From: Alphaproteobacteria bacterium | GTDB lineage: Bacteria > Pseudomonadota > Alphaproteobacteria > Bin95 | Assembly: GCA_963665325.3 (NCBI GenBank) | Contig: CAXXWS020000002.1 | Span: forward strand, 1,216,001-1,280,000 | Reading direction: 5' to 3' | Length of the DNA: 64,000 nt | Part shown: positions 47,160 to 59,841 of the stretch, one piece after another | How the letters are laid out: every line of letters begins with the position of its first letter | Numbering within the stretch: the stretch's first letter is position 1 | Notes under the pieces: model-generated | Databases searched by the model: none | Told to the model about the DNA's origin: nothing | The model's input: the letters and a program-made list of their open reading frames with translations, nothing else | Translations under genes and position numbers: made by a program

Positions 47160-48713
47160 CTAGCCCGGGTTCAATGCCGAATCCGGCAGGTTTCTACCGG
47201 GAGATCGCGCGTAAGCAGCAAACCGCACGGCTTCTTCCGCCGCGCGCATCAGCGCCCGCGCCTTGTCCCAGCTCTCGCGATATTCCATTTCCGGGTCGCT
47301 GTCGGCGACGACGCCGACTCCGGTCTGCACATAGAGCACATCGTCCTTCACCAGCGCGGTGCGCAGTGCGATGCAGGTATCCATCGAGCCGTCCGCCGCG
47401 AAATAGCCGATGCAGCCGGCATAGACGCCGCGCTTCTCCGGCTCCAGCTCATCGATGATCTCCATGGCGCGCACTTTCGGCGCGCCGGAGACCGTGCCCG
47501 CCGGAAAGCCCGCTACCAGCGCACCGATGGCGTCATATCGCGGGTCCAGGTCGCCCTGCACTTCGGAGCCGATATGCATGACGTGCGAGTAATATTCGAT
47601 CTCGAACTGCTCCGTGACCTCGACGCTGCCGATGCGGCTCACCCGCCCGACATCGTTGCGGGCGAGGTCCAGCAGCATCAGGTGCTCCGCGACCTCCTTC
47701 GGGTCGCTTAGCAGTTCCGCGGCGAGCCGGCGGTCTTCGGCGGGGTCCGTCCCTCGCGGGCGGGTCCCGGCCAGCGGCCTGATGGTGACACGGCCGTCGC
47801 GCACCCGCACCAGGATTTCCGGGCTTGAGCCGACGATGGAGAAGGCGCCGAAATCGAGATGGAACAGGAAGGGCGACGGGTTGAGGCGGCGCAGCGCGCG
47901 GTAGAGCGCGAAAGGGGGCAGGGCGAAATCGATGGAGAAGCGTTGCGCCGGAACGATCTGGAACGCGTCGCCGGCGTGGATGTAGTCGCGCGCGGTTTCG
48001 ACGACCTCGTGGAACCGTTCCCTGGTCATGTTGGAGCGCGGCGTTGCGTCGGCCAGCGCGGCGGGCGCGCTTTCCCGGCGGTCCACGGCGGCGCCTTCCA
48101 GGTCGGCGAGCGCCGCTGCAAGCCGCTCCTCGGCGTGAAGCCAGGCGGTGTCGGCGGCCATCCCGTCCTCGGGCCAGACCGGCGTCACCAGGGTAATTCG
48201 ATCCTCGATCAGGTCGAACACCGCCATGACGGTCGGGCGCAGGAACAGGCCGTCTGGAATGCCGATCGGATCCGGCGGCTCGTCCGGCAGATGCTCCATG
48301 AGTCGCACCATGTCGTAGCCCATGTAGCCGACCAGCGCGGCCGCCATCGGCGGCAGGTCGGCCGGAAGGTCGTCGATGCGGCACTCGTCGATCAGGTCGC
48401 GCAGCGAGTCGAGCGCGCCCTTGCCGCACGGCTGGAAACGGTCCGGGTCGTCCAGCGCATCCCGGTTGATCTCCGCCTCATCGCCCCGGCAGCGCCAGAT
48501 GATGTCGGGGTCGCGGCCGATGAAGGAGTAGCGGCCGCGGATGGCGCCGCCCTCGACCGATTCGAGCAGGAAGCAATGCGACCGTCCGGCGGAAAGCTTT
48601 AGCATTGCCGAGACCGGCGTTTCGAGATCGGCCACCAGTGTGGTCCAGACCAGTTGGGGACGGCCGGACCGGTAGCGTGCCTCGAAAGACGGAAAGTCGG
48701 CGGGCTCGAGCAT
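47160..48713 (-). CDS. trpE: Anthranilate synthase component I
   Basis: DLETPVSA, FLLESVEGG..RGRYS, YRALRRLNPSP, GSSPEILV, PLAGTRPRG, EHLMLLDL.RND, FPAGTVSGAPK. Confidence 0.96.
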   Translation of the reverse strand: MLEPADFPSFEARYRSGRPQLVWTTLVADLETPVSAMLKLSAGRSHCFLLESVEGGAIRGRYSFIGRDPDIIWRCRGDEAEINRDALDDPDRFQPCGKGALDSLRDLIDECRIDDLPADLPPMAAALVGYMGYDMVRLMEHLPDEPPDPIGIPDGLFLRPTVMAVFDLIEDRITLVTPVWPEDGMAADTAWLHAEERLAAALADLEGAAVDRRESAPAALADATPRSNMTRERFHEVVETARDYIHAGDAFQIVPAQRFSIDFALPPFALYRALRRLNPSPFLFHLDFGAFSIVGSSPEILVRVRDGRVTIRPLAGTRPRGTDPAEDRRLAAELLSDPKEVAEHLMLLDLARNDVGRVSRIGSVEVTEQFEIEYYSHVMHIGSEVQGDLDPRYDAIGALVAGFPAGTVSGAPKVRAMEIIDELEPEKRGVYAGCIGYFAADGSMDTCIALRTALVKDDVLYVQTGVGVVADSDPEMEYRESWDKARALMRAAEEAVRFAAYARSPGRNLPDSALNPG

Positions 48714-48737
48714 CGCTGGCTGCTTCCGGAATGCCGG

Positions 48738-50597
48738 TCAGTTGAACTGGGCGATCAGGTCGTGGTTGATCACAACCCCGAACCGGTCCTGCAGCGCAGC
48801 GTGGAATTGCTGCCGGATGTCCTCGACCATTTCCGCGGAAAGCTGCTCTCGTATCGCCTCGATCTTGTCCTCGGAGTAGGGCGGGGGATCGATGCTCTCG
48901 ACGACCGCGACCGCATAGCCGTCCGCAATGCGCGCCACGACGACCTCCCCGCGTTCGGCCGCGAACACGGCGTTGACGACCTCGCGGGACAGGCCGGCCT
49001 CCGGCTTTGCCTCCGTGCGGGTGAACTGCCCGGTCTCCTCCACCGTCCGCCCCTCGGCCACGGATGCAGGCGTGCGGCCTTCCCGCAGTCTTGCTGCGAG
49101 CGCGTCGGCCTTCGCCTTCGCCGCCTCGTCCAGGCGCGCAGCACGCCAGGCCGCCAGCACCAGCGGCCTTGCTTCCTCGAACGGGCGCACGGCCGGCGGC
49201 GTCTCGCTTTCCACCCGAAGCACGAAATAGCCGCCGTCCCCCAATTCGCCCAGAAGGCTGTCTTCTCCGACCGGCGTGGAGAAAGCCGTCCGCAGGAAGT
49301 TCGGTTCGGCCGGCAGGCCCTCCGGCTGTTCTCCGGCACGGTCGAGACCGGAGCCATCCACGGCGGCTATCGTCAACAGGGACAGGTCGAGCGCACGTGC
49401 AGCATCCTCGAAGCTCGCGCCTCCGCCCAATTGGTCGTCGAGGTCGTTCGCAAGCTCCGCCAGCCGTTCTATCGCGATCTCCCGCGCGACCTCCCTTTGC
49501 AGCCCCTCGCGGACGTCCTCGAACGAAATCGTCGTTTCCCCGGTTACCTGGTCGACGGCGAGCACATGCCAGCCGAGCGCCGTCTGCACAGGGCCGGTGA
49601 CGCCCTCTCCGTCAAGTGAGAAGACCGCGTCCGCCAGGGCAGCCTGGGGCAGCTGGCTGCGCGAGACCGGACCGAGATCGCTGACCGTGCTGCCGGCGTT
49701 CCCGGCCGCCGTTTCCAGTTCGGCACCGGTCGCAAGCTGCGTCATGAACTCCTGCGCCTTCGACTCGTCGTCGAACAGCACCTGCCGGACGCGCCGGGTC
49801 GCCGGGACTGTGAAGTCGGCGATACGAGCGTCGTAGGCTTCCCGCACCGCGTCCGGGTTGGCCTCCACCCGGTCCAGCCACCGGTCGGGGTCGAGCACGA
49901 TCGCCGTCACGGCCCGGTAGGCGGGCGCCATGAAGTCGTCCTTGTTGTCCTCGTGCCACGCGCGCAGTTCGGACTCGCCGGGGTCGTCCGGGAGCGCGGC
50001 TTCTTCCGGGACACGGAGCAGGACCGCCTTGCGGGTCTCTTCGCGGTAGCGGTGGATCGCTTCGGCCATGCTCCGGGAGGCCTGGACCGGGCGGCTGATC
50101 GAGCGGTCGACCTGGCGTCGCGACAAGTCGCGGCGGAGCATGGCGACGAACTCGCCCTCGCTCAGCCCGTTGGTCAGCAGTACGCGCTCGAACAGCGCGC
50201 GGTCGAAACCGCCGAGGCGGCCGCCGAAATTCGGGTCTTCCTCGATGGAACGGCGCACCTGGCCGTCTCCGACCGCAAGGCCGAGCCGGCCGGCTTCGAG
50301 CTCAACCAGCCGACGGCGCACCAATGCCTGCACGACTTCTTCCGGCAGTCCGAACCTTGCCGCCATTTCCGGCGTGACATTGCCGCCCAGACGCCGGCGC
50401 AACTGGTTGAACTGCCGGGAGTAATCGCGCCTGAATTCTTCGGCGCCGATCTCGGTCTCGCCGACCTTCGCCACGGCGTCTTCCACTTCCGGCGACAGAT
50501 AGTCACCGACGCCCCAGGCGGCGAAGCTCAGGATCAGGAGGGCGAAGAGGATTTTGGCGAGCCAGGAGGCGGCGCCTTTTCGGAGCGAGGTCAGCAT
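48738..50597 (-). CDS. ppiD: PpiD/SurA N-terminal domain periplasmic chaperone
   Basis: N-terminal anchor KILFALLILSFAAWGVGD, VAKVG..EI, parvulin-like region GPVQTALGWHV; linked to trpE. Confidence 0.85.
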   Translation of the reverse strand: MLTSLRKGAASWLAKILFALLILSFAAWGVGDYLSPEVEDAVAKVGETEIGAEEFRRDYSRQFNQLRRRLGGNVTPEMAARFGLPEEVVQALVRRRLVELEAGRLGLAVGDGQVRRSIEEDPNFGGRLGGFDRALFERVLLTNGLSEGEFVAMLRRDLSRRQVDRSISRPVQASRSMAEAIHRYREETRKAVLLRVPEEAALPDDPGESELRAWHEDNKDDFMAPAYRAVTAIVLDPDRWLDRVEANPDAVREAYDARIADFTVPATRRVRQVLFDDESKAQEFMTQLATGAELETAAGNAGSTVSDLGPVSRSQLPQAALADAVFSLDGEGVTGPVQTALGWHVLAVDQVTGETTISFEDVREGLQREVAREIAIERLAELANDLDDQLGGGASFEDAARALDLSLLTIAAVDGSGLDRAGEQPEGLPAEPNFLRTAFSTPVGEDSLLGELGDGGYFVLRVESETPPAVRPFEEARPLVLAAWRAARLDEAAKAKADALAARLREGRTPASVAEGRTVEETGQFTRTEAKPEAGLSREVVNAVFAAERGEVVVARIADGYAVAVVESIDPPPYSEDKIEAIREQLSAEMVEDIRQQFHAALQDRFGVVINHDLIAQFN

Positions 50598-50702
50598 GTG
50601 GGGGCCGGGCCGGTGGAGAGAAGCCGCGCATCATAGGCAGCCGCCGAAATGCCTGCAACGCAGCCTTGCCGCTGCGGCGGCCGGCGACCGGTATTCTCCG
50701 CG

Positions 50703-51464
50703 CTACTGGACCAGCGGTGACTCCGCCGCGGCGATGTCGAAGCCCGATATGCGGGCGGATCCGGCGAGCAACTGGACATATTGCCGGAAGGCGCGGCGCC
50801 ACGACGCCTCCTTCAGATAGTCCGCAATCTTCTCCGAAACGGCCTCATAGGGCAGCGACCGGCCCTCCACCCGCTTGTCCACTCGCACGACATGGATGCC
50901 GTAGCGCGTCTTCACCGGAACCGGCGAGAGCTGGCCGTCTTCGAGATTGAAGAGGAAGGTCTCCATCTCGGGAACCGAGTCGCCGCGCGAAAGCTGGCCC
51001 AGCCGGCCGTCATTGTGTTTCGAGTCGCAAGCCGATTGCGCCCGGGCGATTTCGCCGAAGCGCTCCGGCGAAACGGACAGCAGCTCGATCAACTCCCCGG
51101 CCAGAGCCTCGGCCCGAGCGCGCTCGTCCGCGTCATCCGGTGCTGCGGGCAGCAGGATATGCGCTGCCTCGACCAGGTCGGGACTGCGGAAGCGTGACGG
51201 ATTGTTGTCGTAGTAGCGCCGGCACTCCGCCTCCTCGGGCGCGGGAATGTCCACCTCGCGCTCGATCACGGTCCCGATGGCCGCTGCCTCGTCCGACAGG
51301 TCGAGCCCGATAGCGCCGGCCCGATCCAGAAGGAGGGACTGGATTACCAGCCACTCGGCCGCGGCGCGCCGCGCCGCGCCGGCATTCTCCGCCGGGTGGT
51401 ACTGCATCTCGCGCAGTATCTCGTCCTCGTCGATACAGCGGTCGTTGACGCGGATCGTGACCAT
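50703..51464 (-). CDS. Parvulin-type peptidylprolyl isomerase (NifM-like, nar-associated)
   Basis: EMQYHPA, ECRRYY..N..RF, AAHILL, SACDS...GRLGQL.RG..VPE, PVKTRYGIHV. Confidence 0.88.
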   Translation of the reverse strand: MVTIRVNDRCIDEDEILREMQYHPAENAGAARRAAAEWLVIQSLLLDRAGAIGLDLSDEAAAIGTVIEREVDIPAPEEAECRRYYDNNPSRFRSPDLVEAAHILLPAAPDDADERARAEALAGELIELLSVSPERFGEIARAQSACDSKHNDGRLGQLSRGDSVPEMETFLFNLEDGQLSPVPVKTRYGIHVVRVDKRVEGRSLPYEAVSEKIADYLKEASWRRAFRQYVQLLAGSARISGFDIAAAESPLVQ

Positions 51465-51471
51465 GACCGGT

Positions 51472-52176
51472 TCAGGCCGCGCGGCGGCCGTCGCGGGTGC
51501 GCACCACCTGATATCCGCGCCGCCCCAGATAGCCGAAGGGCGCGCTCCAGATATGGACCAGGCGGCTGAACGGGAAGACCAGGAAAATGGTGAGGCCCAG
51601 GAAGATATGCGCCTTGTAAACCCAATGAACGCCCGCCGCATAGACCGCCGCATCGGCCTGGTAGGTGACGATCTTCTGCGCCCACAAGGACAGGGCGACC
51701 ATGACCTCGCCTCCTTCCCTGTGCGCCCACGAGAACGGCAGGCTCGCCAGGCCGAGCACCAGTTGCAGCCACAGCAGGACAAGAATCGCAATGTCCATCG
51801 CGCTCGACGTGGCGCGGATCCGCGGGTCGAACAGCCTGCGGTGCAGAAGCATGGTGAGGCCGACAAAGCAGACGATGCCGAAGATGCCGCCGGCGACGAT
51901 GGCAAGCACCTGCTTGACGCCGGAGCTCATGCCGAAGGCGTGATAGATGTCCTTCGGTGTCAGCAGGCCGACGAAATGCCCGAGGAACAGCAGCAGGATG
52001 CCCACATGGAACAGCACGCTGCCCCAGATCAACTGTCGTCGCCGCAGCAATTGGCTTGACCCGCTGCGCCAGGTGTACTGCTCCCGGTCGAAACGGATCA
52101 GGCTTCCAGCCAGGAACACCGTCGCCGCCAGATACGGGTAGTAGCCGAAGACGAGGATGTGGAACCAGTCAGCCAT
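51472..52176 (-). CDS. narI: Respiratory nitrate reductase gamma subunit
   Basis: YPY....F..GS..RFD..QYTW...SSQLL, LFHVG, GHFVGLLTP, YKAH, FPFSRLVH. Confidence 0.96.
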   Translation of the reverse strand: MADWFHILVFGYYPYLAATVFLAGSLIRFDREQYTWRSGSSQLLRRRQLIWGSVLFHVGILLLFLGHFVGLLTPKDIYHAFGMSSGVKQVLAIVAGGIFGIVCFVGLTMLLHRRLFDPRIRATSSAMDIAILVLLWLQLVLGLASLPFSWAHREGGEVMVALSLWAQKIVTYQADAAVYAAGVHWVYKAHIFLGLTIFLVFPFSRLVHIWSAPFGYLGRRGYQVVRTRDGRRAA

Positions 52177-52884
52177 GGTCATGCTCCGTCCTGTCCGGTT
52201 CAGGCGGGCGGGGGGCGACCGCGAGCTCCGCCATGCGGTTGAGGGTATCGCGGGCCACGGCGCAGCCGCCGTCCGGCGCGCCGTCGAAGGCCGGCGCCTC
52301 CTCCCATTCCTTGTCGAGTTCCGCCGCTTCCTCTTCCAGCGACTTGTCGTGCTGCAGCAGGCTCTCGACCGTGGCCCGGTCGGGCTTCCGGGCGGCCAGC
52401 TCCTCAAGCGCCTTGAAGACGCCGGCATAGTCGCTGCGACGCCGTTCCAGCCGGACGCGGATCGCGGCGAGGATATGGGCAACGTCTGACAGCAGCTCGG
52501 CGGCCTCCCTCGGCTCGACCAGGGACAGGAACTCCAGGAACAGCGGCAGGTAGTCGGGCAACTCGTTGGCGTCGATGCTGTAGCCGTTGGCCTCGTAATG
52601 CGACGCAAGATTGACCATCGCCTGGCCGCGGTCGCGGGACTCCCCGTGGATATGCTCGAACAGGTGCAGGGACAGGCTGCGCGAGCGATCGAACAGCCCG
52701 ACATAGGCCTCCTGGGAGGCCAGCGGGTCCTCGAGGAGCAGCTTCCAGGCCAGCCGGCCTATCGTGGCGCGGGCGGATTTCGACAATGCCCGCTCCGCCT
52801 CGAGCATGGCGGCGATGTCGCCGGCCGACCCGGCCAGTTCGGCAGTCGGGTACTGCAGCAGCGCGCCGAGAGCCCGGTAGATCA

Positions 52885-52888
<4 letters not shown>
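52169..52888 (-). CDS. narJ: Nitrate reductase molybdenum cofactor assembly chaperone
   Basis: LLQYP, QEAYV.LFDR, SLHLFEH.HGESRDRGQAM, ELPDYLPLFLEFLS. Confidence 0.96.
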
Positions 52889-54425
<1,537 letters not shown>

Positions 54426-54429
<4 letters not shown>

Positions 54430-57400
54430 TCCGCCGCCTCCATTGCCGGACCCCGATAGGGGCCTTCCATCCAATCGACCGAGTGCATCTTGCGCACGAT
54501 CACGAATTCGTCGCGGTTCGAACCGACGGTGCCGTAATAGTTGAAACCGTAGGACAGCTGAGCGTATCCGCCGACCATGTGGGTCGGCTTGACCGTCGCG
54601 CGGGTCACGGAGTTGTGGATGCCGCCGCGCCCGCCGGTCACCTCGCTGCCGGGCACATTCACGATCTTCTCCTGCGCGTGGTACATCAGCGTCATGCCCT
54701 CCGGCACGCGCTGGCTGACCACCGCGCGGGCGACCAGGGCGCCGTTCGCGTTGTAGGCCTCGATCCAGTCATTGTCCTCGACGCCGATCTTGCGGGCGTC
54801 GGTTTCGCTCAACCAGACGATGGGTCCGCCGCGCGAGAGCGTCAGCATCAGCAGATTGTCGGTATAGGTGCTGTGGATGCCCCACTTCTGGTGCGGCGTG
54901 ATGAAATTCAGCACGACCTGCGGGCTGCCATTGTCCTTCTCGCCGATCAGCGGCTCGATCGTCTTGGTGTCGATCGGCGGCTTGTAGACGCACAGCTGTT
55001 CGCCGAAGGCCTGCATCCACAGATGGTCCTGGTAGAGCTGCTGGCGCCCGCTGAGGGTGCGCCAGGGAATCAGCTCATGCACATTGGTATAGCCGGCAGT
55101 GTAGGTGACATGCTCCGACTCGACCCCGGACCAGGTGGGCGAGGAGATGATCTTGCGCGGCTGGGCCTGCAGGTCGCGGAAGCGCAGCTTGTCCTCCTCG
55201 CGCGCCGCCGCCAGATGCTCGTGGTCGCGCCCGGTCGCCTTGCCGAGCGCCGCCCACGCCTTGACCGCCACATGGCCGTTGGTCTCCGGGGCCAGCGCCA
55301 GAACGACCTCGGTTGCGTCGATGTCGGTCTCGATCTTCGCGAGGCCCTTCGAGACGCCCTCCTCACGCACCTTGCCATTAAGCTGCTTGAGGAACTCGAC
55401 CTCTTCCCCGGTATCCCAGCCGATGCCCTTGCCGCCATTCCCGGCCTTCGTCATCAACGGGCCGAGCGCGGTGAACTTCCTGTAGGTGCTGGGATAGTCG
55501 CGCTCGACCACCACCATGTTCGGCATGGTCTTGCCCGGCACCGCTTCGCATTCGCCCTTCTTCCAGTCTCTAACTTCGGTCGCCTGCGCCAATTCCATCG
55601 GCGTGTCGTGCAGGGTCGGCACAAGCACGAGGTCGCGCTCCACGCCGAGCTCGCCTTCCGCGACCTCCGAGAACTTCTTCGCGATTCCCTTGAAGATCTC
55701 CCAGTCGCTTCGGGACTCCCAGACCGGATCGACCGCAGCCGAGAGCGGGTGGATGAAGGGGTGCATGTCGGAGGTGTTGAGGTCGTTCTTCTCGTACCAG
55801 GTCGCCGTCGGCAGCACGATGTCCGAATAGAGGCAGGTGGTGGACATGCGGAAGTCGAGGGTGACCAGCAGGTCGAGCTTGCCTTCCGGGGCGTCGTCGT
55901 GCCACGCGACCTCGGCCGGCTTCCTGTCGCCGGTCTCGCCGAGCTCCTTGCCCTGCACGCCGTGCTGGGTGCCCAGCAGGTGCTTCAGGAAATACTCGTG
56001 GCCCTTGCCGCTGGAGCCCAGCAGGTTGGATCGCCAGACGAACAGGTTGCGCGGCCAGTTCCTCGGGTCGTCGGGGTCCTCGCACGACATTTGCAGCGAG
56101 CCGTCCTTAATGCCGGCGACCGCCGCCCCGACCGGGTCGTCCTCGCCCGCGGCCTTGGTCACCTCCAGCGGATTGGTCGCCAGTTGCGGCGCGGAGGGCA
56201 GCCAGCCCATACGCTCCGAACGGACATTGAAGTCGATCAAATTCAGCGCCTTCCAATCGCCTTCCGGCGCCAGCGGCGAGACGATCTCGTCGACGGACAG
56301 CTTCTCGTAGCGCCACTGGTCGGTGTGGCTGTACCAGAACGAGGTGCTGTTCATCTGCCGCGGCGGCCGGTTCCAGTCCAGCGCGAAGGCGAGCGGCAGC
56401 CAGCCGGTCTGGGGCCTTAGCTTTTCCTGCCCGACATAGTGCGACCAGCCGCCGCCGGATTTCCCGACGCACCCGCACATCACCAGCATGTTGATGATGC
56501 TGCGGTAGATCATGTCCATATGGTACCAATGGTTGAGGGCGGCTCCGACGATGACCATCGAACGGCCCTCGGTCTTGTGCGCGTTCTCGGCGAACTGGCG
56601 CGCCACCGCGATCACCTTGTCGCGCGCGACCCCCGTGATGCGTTCCTGCCATGCCGGGGTATAGGGCACGTCATCGTCGAAGCTTGCCGCCACGTTTTCG
56701 CCGCCGAGGCCGCGGTCGAGCCCGTAATTGGCGACGAACAGGTCGTACACGGTGGCGACCGGCGCCTCGCCGTCCGCCGTCCGGATCTTCTTCACCGGCA
56801 CGTTGCGCCACAGCACGTCGTCATGGTCGGTGCCGGCGAAATGGTCGTGCTTTGCGTTGCCGAAATAGGGGAAGCCGACCCTGGCCACCTCGTCCCGGGC
56901 GTGGATGAGGCTCAGTCGCAGTCTTGTCTCCGCGCCGTTCGCGCCGTCTTTCTCCTCGATATTCCACTTACCCGCCTCGCCCCACCGGAAGCCGATAGAG
57001 CCGACCGGACAGACGAGCGCATCGTTCCGCTTCTCGTCGATGGCGACGGTCTTCCACTCGGGATTGTTGGACTGGCCCAGCCCTTCCGGCAGGTCGGAGG
57101 CGCGCAGCATGCGGTCCGGCACATACCCGCCGTCCACCTGCCGCAGCCTCACCAGGAACGGCATGTCGGTGTAGCGGCGGCAATAGTCCTCGAAATAGGG
57201 ACTCCGGCCTGCGAGGTGCCATTCCTTGAGGATCACATGGCCCATCGCCAGCGCGAGCGCGGCGTCGGTACCCTGCTTGGGGTTGAGCCAGATATCGGCG
57301 AATTTCGACGCCTCGCTGTAGTCGGGCGTCACCGTCACGGTCGTCGCGCCCTTGTAGCGGACCTCGGTCATGAAGTGGGCGTCGGGCGTGCGCGTCTGGG

Positions 57401-58169
57401 GCACGTTCGAGCCCCACATCATCAGGAAGGTCGAGTTGTACCAGTCGGCGCTTTCCGGCACATCGGTCTGCTCGCCCCAGGTTTGCGGGCTGGAGGGCGG
57501 CAGGTCGCAGTACCAGTCGTAGAAGCTCATGCACACGCCGCCGATCAGCGACAGGTAGCGCGAGCCGGCGGCATAGGAGACCATCGACATGGCGGGTATC
57601 GGCGAGAAGCCGATGACGCGGTCGGGCCCGTGCCTCTTGATAGTATAAACATTGGCGGCCGCGACGATCTCGTTGACCTCTTCCCAGTCGGAGCGCACGA
57701 AGCCGCCGAGCCCCCGCACCCGCTGGTAGTCCCGGCGCTTGCCGTCGTTCTCGACAATCGACGCCCAGGCGGCGACCGGCGCCATGGTCTTGCGCGCTTC
57801 GCGCCAGTGCCGGACCAGCCGGCTGCGTACCAGCGGATATTTCAACCGGTTGGCGCTGTAGATGTACCAGGAATAGCTGGCGCCCCTGGAACAGCCGCGC
57901 GGCTCGTGATTCGGCAGGTCGGGGCGGGTCCGGGGATAGTCGGTCTGTTGCGTCTCCCAGGTGATGATCCCGCCCTTGACGTAGATCTTCCAGCTGCAGG
58001 AGCCGGTGCAGTTCACTCCGTGGGTCGAGCGCACGATCTTGTCGTGCTGCCAGCGCGCCCGGTAGGAGTCCTCCCAGCCGCGGTCCTCGTTGGTGACGAT
58101 CCCGTGCCCGTCCGCGAAGGTGTCCACTGTCTTCCTGAAGAAGGTCAACCGGTCCAGGAAATGGCTCAT
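54426..58169 (-). CDS. narG: Respiratory nitrate reductase alpha subunit
   Basis: RSTHGVNCTGSCSW FS0 motif, HEPRGC, SFYDWYCDLP, HYVGQEK, TPHQKWGIHS, FNYYG. Confidence 0.98.
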
Positions 58170-58182
58170 CGGATTCGCCTCC

Positions 58183-59790
58183 TCACGGATTCTTCACGTA
58201 GGCGTTCTTGCGCAGATAGAACCACCAGTTGATGGCGATGCAAACCAAATAGAAGGCTGCGAAACCATAGAGCGCGTATTCCGGCGTCGTCGCCTTGATC
58301 TGCTCGCCGAACACCTTGGGGATGATGAAGGCCCCGTAGGCGGCGACGGCGGACGTCCACCCGAGAACGGGACCGGCCTGCACCCTGTCGAAAACGATGG
58401 CGATGGTGCGGAAGGTGGAGCCGTTGCCGATTCCGGTCGCGGCGAACAGAACCAGGAACAGGACCAGGAAGGGCAGGAAATAGTCTTCCGGCGTTTCCGA
58501 CGCATAGGCGAGCGACAGGAAATACGCCACGCCAAGCGCACACGCGATCATGACGACGGAGACGATCTGCGTCACCAGCGCTCCGCCGAGGCGGTCGGAG
58601 ATCATGCCGCCGATCGGACGGATCAGCGCGCCAATGAACGGGCCGGTCCAGGCGTACATCAACGCGCTCGGCCCGTTGGGGTTCACCGTCGTGTGCGTCA
58701 TGACGCCATCGACCTCGATATGCTGGAAGCCGAACACGACCTTGATGGCGAGGCCGAAGGCGGCGGCGTAGCCGATGAACGAGCCGAAGGTCATCGTGTA
58801 GATGACCGTCATCGCCCAGGTGTGCTTGTTCCTGAAGATTGCATATTGCCGGTCGAGACTCTGGCGGATAGTGCCGGGGATCATCCGCAAGGCGAAGACC
58901 GTGGCCGCGATGACGAGCGGCAGCACGATCCATTTGCTCAGTTCCAGCCCGGAACCGCCGGCATTCTCCGGCAGCAGGAGCCACAGCCCGATTGCCGCGG
59001 TGACCAGCCCGATGGCAAGCATGCCCAGGATCTTGCCGAAGGCGCCGGCCGTGGAGCCGAGCCCCGGCGAGACATGCTCCGCCGTGATGTTGTTCATGGC
59101 GAACCAGGCGGCGATCACCAGCGGGACCAGGATGGCCACCCAGATATAGCCCGCATTGTGAATGTAGGTCTCCGTTCCCGCCGGGATCTTGCCGACCAGC
59201 GTCCCGGAACTGTTGGCGAGGATGAGCGCGGAGCCGCCGAACACGCCCACCGTCATGACCAGCGGCACCAGTATCTGCATGGTGGTAACGCCGAAATTGC
59301 CGAGGCCGGCATTCATGCCGAGCGAATAGCCCTGCACGTTCTTGGGGAAGAAAAAGGAGATGTTCGACATGGACGAGGCGAAATTGCCGCCGCCGAAGCC
59401 GGAGAGCAGCGCCATGATCTGGAATTGCCAGAGCGGCGTCTCCGGGTCCTGTAACAGGAGCCCGGTTCCGGCCGCGGGAATGATGAGAAGCGCCGTCGTC
59501 AGGAAGATCGTGTTTCGGCCGCCGGCGATGCGGATGAAGAAGGAGGAGGGGATGCGCAGCGTGGCGCCGCTCAATCCCGCGATGGCGGCAAGGGTGAAGA
59601 GTTCCCCCTGCGAGAAGGGGAACTTCAGGTTGATCATCTGGACGGTGATGATTCCCCAGTAGAGCCAGACCGCGAAGCCGCAGAGCAGACAGGGAATGGA
59701 AATCCAGAGGTTGCGCGTCGCGATGCGCTTGCCCTCTGTATTCCAGAATGCCTCGTCTTCCGGGTCCCAGCTCGTCAGGTTCCTGGCCAT
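58183..59790 (-). CDS. narK: Nitrate/nitrite transporter, NarK2-type
   Basis: WDPED..FW...G..IA.RNLWIS, GFGGGNFASSM, NAGLGNFG, TFGSFIG, TGIGNGSTFR. Confidence 0.93.
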   Translation of the reverse strand: MARNLTSWDPEDEAFWNTEGKRIATRNLWISIPCLLCGFAVWLYWGIITVQMINLKFPFSQGELFTLAAIAGLSGATLRIPSSFFIRIAGGRNTIFLTTALLIIPAAGTGLLLQDPETPLWQFQIMALLSGFGGGNFASSMSNISFFFPKNVQGYSLGMNAGLGNFGVTTMQILVPLVMTVGVFGGSALILANSSGTLVGKIPAGTETYIHNAGYIWVAILVPLVIAAWFAMNNITAEHVSPGLGSTAGAFGKILGMLAIGLVTAAIGLWLLLPENAGGSGLELSKWIVLPLVIAATVFALRMIPGTIRQSLDRQYAIFRNKHTWAMTVIYTMTFGSFIGYAAAFGLAIKVVFGFQHIEVDGVMTHTTVNPNGPSALMYAWTGPFIGALIRPIGGMISDRLGGALVTQIVSVVMIACALGVAYFLSLAYASETPEDYFLPFLVLFLVLFAATGIGNGSTFRTIAIVFDRVQAGPVLGWTSAVAAYGAFIIPKVFGEQIKATTPEYALYGFAAFYLVCIAINWWFYLRKNAYVKNP

Positions 59791-59841
59791 CTCTTCCCCT
59801 TTTCCAACCGGGCCGGCTCCGCCGCTGGCGGAAACGGCCCG